Of a stretch of DNA of 35,295 bases, positions 34,021 through 35,295 are shown one piece after another; positions within the stretch are counted from its first letter, which is position 1; each line of letters begins with the position of its first letter. The stretch lies in the NCBI RefSeq assembly GCF_006345805.1, contig NW_021829892.1, positions 1 to 35,295 of the forward strand. Reading direction: 5' to 3'. The notes beneath the pieces were generated by a model that made no database searches, was not told the DNA's origin, and worked only from the letters and a program-made list of their open reading frames with translations. This stretch comes from Octopus sinensis. Taxonomy: Eukaryota. Both the position numbers and the translations under genes were made by a program.

Positions 34021-34888
34021 GTAAGCAACAGGGGGTTCCTCTCTGTCTGCAAGTCTGTCTGATTCTGTCTGTCTGCCTGTCTGTCTGATTCTGTCTGTCT
34101 GACTGCCTGTCTGTTTATCACTCTGTCTCTATCTTTCCGGTCCTCCTGTCATTCCTCTGTCTCTGATATTCACTTTGTCTCCCTGTTTGACAATCTCTCG
34201 TTTGGTTTGTCTGCACACACTTGCTTCTAACCTCAATTTTATTTTAATTATATAAACCTGTATTTATTTATTTATTTATTTATTTTGTGATTCCTCTCCC
34301 TTCTTCACCCTTCTCTCCCTCTCTCTCCTCTACTTCTTTACTTCCTCTCTGAACACACACACAGACACACACACACACCACACACATACATTAATCACTG
34401 TATTTGCTTATTGATGTCTGTCTAGAAGTATGTCTATAGATCCATTTATCTTCCATCCTCTCTCCTTTCACATTCTCTCACTCTCACCCAGCCACTCACC
34501 TCAGCGCTTGCGCGAATGTTTATGCGTGTCCAATCTCAGTTCAAATCTCGCCGAAGCCAGTTTTTGCCTTCCATTCTTTCCAAGTCATAAACTAAAGTAT
34601 CTAGCCGGGACTGTAGCAACATCTCCCACTTGAAGTGATGCTATATTCTGGATGTTCCGCAGAATCAACCGCAGCCTGTTGATTTCATGCGCATTGAAGA
34701 TAATATACCTACTCACTTAGGGTTAAACAGCAGCAAAAACAGATAGATGTATATTGTGTGTAGAGAAAATCTGCTGCCCATGGTATATATATATATACAT
34801 ATATATATAAATACCTGTATATATATATGTATATGTATATGTATATATATATGTATATATATATATAGAGAGAGAGACATATATGCAT

Positions 34889-35295
34889 ATATTATTATTA
34901 TGGCTGCCCCCTCGTTATCGAGTATGGCCATTGCACGAAGCTTAACTGTTACTGGTACTGTGGTCGAATGTGACTTTTTATCCCAGCTAAAGATCTACAA
35001 TGTCTTGTACAGAATTGGCAACTAAAACCTTTACCGGTAATAGCCGGATAAGCCGAATGAAACTGGGCTTCATGTACCTTTGCATGTCGTTTGAAGCCCT
35101 CCTGCCGAATTACACTCTCTTCCACCTGCCCAACAGATATGATTAGTATGGTGTGTTACACCACCACCAGTGGCCAGGTTGTCACTCATCTGTCTCGCTT
35201 TATGACTACGAAGATGATTCTTGAGTCCAGCTTTACTGAGGCAGAGTCTTGCACAGACACGGCATGTCAGAATCATAGGAAGACCCTTACCATCT
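34889..35295 (-). mobile_element. RTE-like LINE 3' end with two C2H2-type zinc-finger remnants, cut by the window edge
   Basis: Reads LTCRVCARLCLSKAGLKNHLRSH...HICWAGGRECNSAGGL, followed by a short 3' UTR ending CTCGATAACGAGGGGGCAGCCA(TAA)n. Confidence 0.65.

Overview
AT-rich, microsatellite-dense eukaryotic DNA that looks intronic or intergenic. The SINE families and repeat landscape resemble what I recall for octopus; this is inference, not a database result. No complete host gene, tRNA, rRNA or CRISPR array can be supported, and most ORFs in the supplied track are read-throughs of microsatellites or SINEs. The window is a mosaic of four tRNA-derived SINE families (labelled A-D here), LINE fragments (RTE x3, CR1 x2, R4/Dong-like x2, HERO x1), three Tc1/mariner derivatives, two non-autonomous Helitrons sharing one 3' terminus, a MITE and several fold-back hairpins. 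The most notable feature is at 24279-24750: a ~183-bp unit carrying a minimal type I hammerhead ribozyme. It occurs as ~1.5 tandem copies on the minus strand plus one inverted copy that is a complete, circularly permuted monomer, i.e. a retrozyme/Penelope-associated, circRNA-like element. One further hammerhead-like motif (2807-2842) and a weaker one (3299-3334) have unrelated sequences. A few isolated exon candidates are reported at low confidence. TE boundaries are approximate unless termini are quoted.
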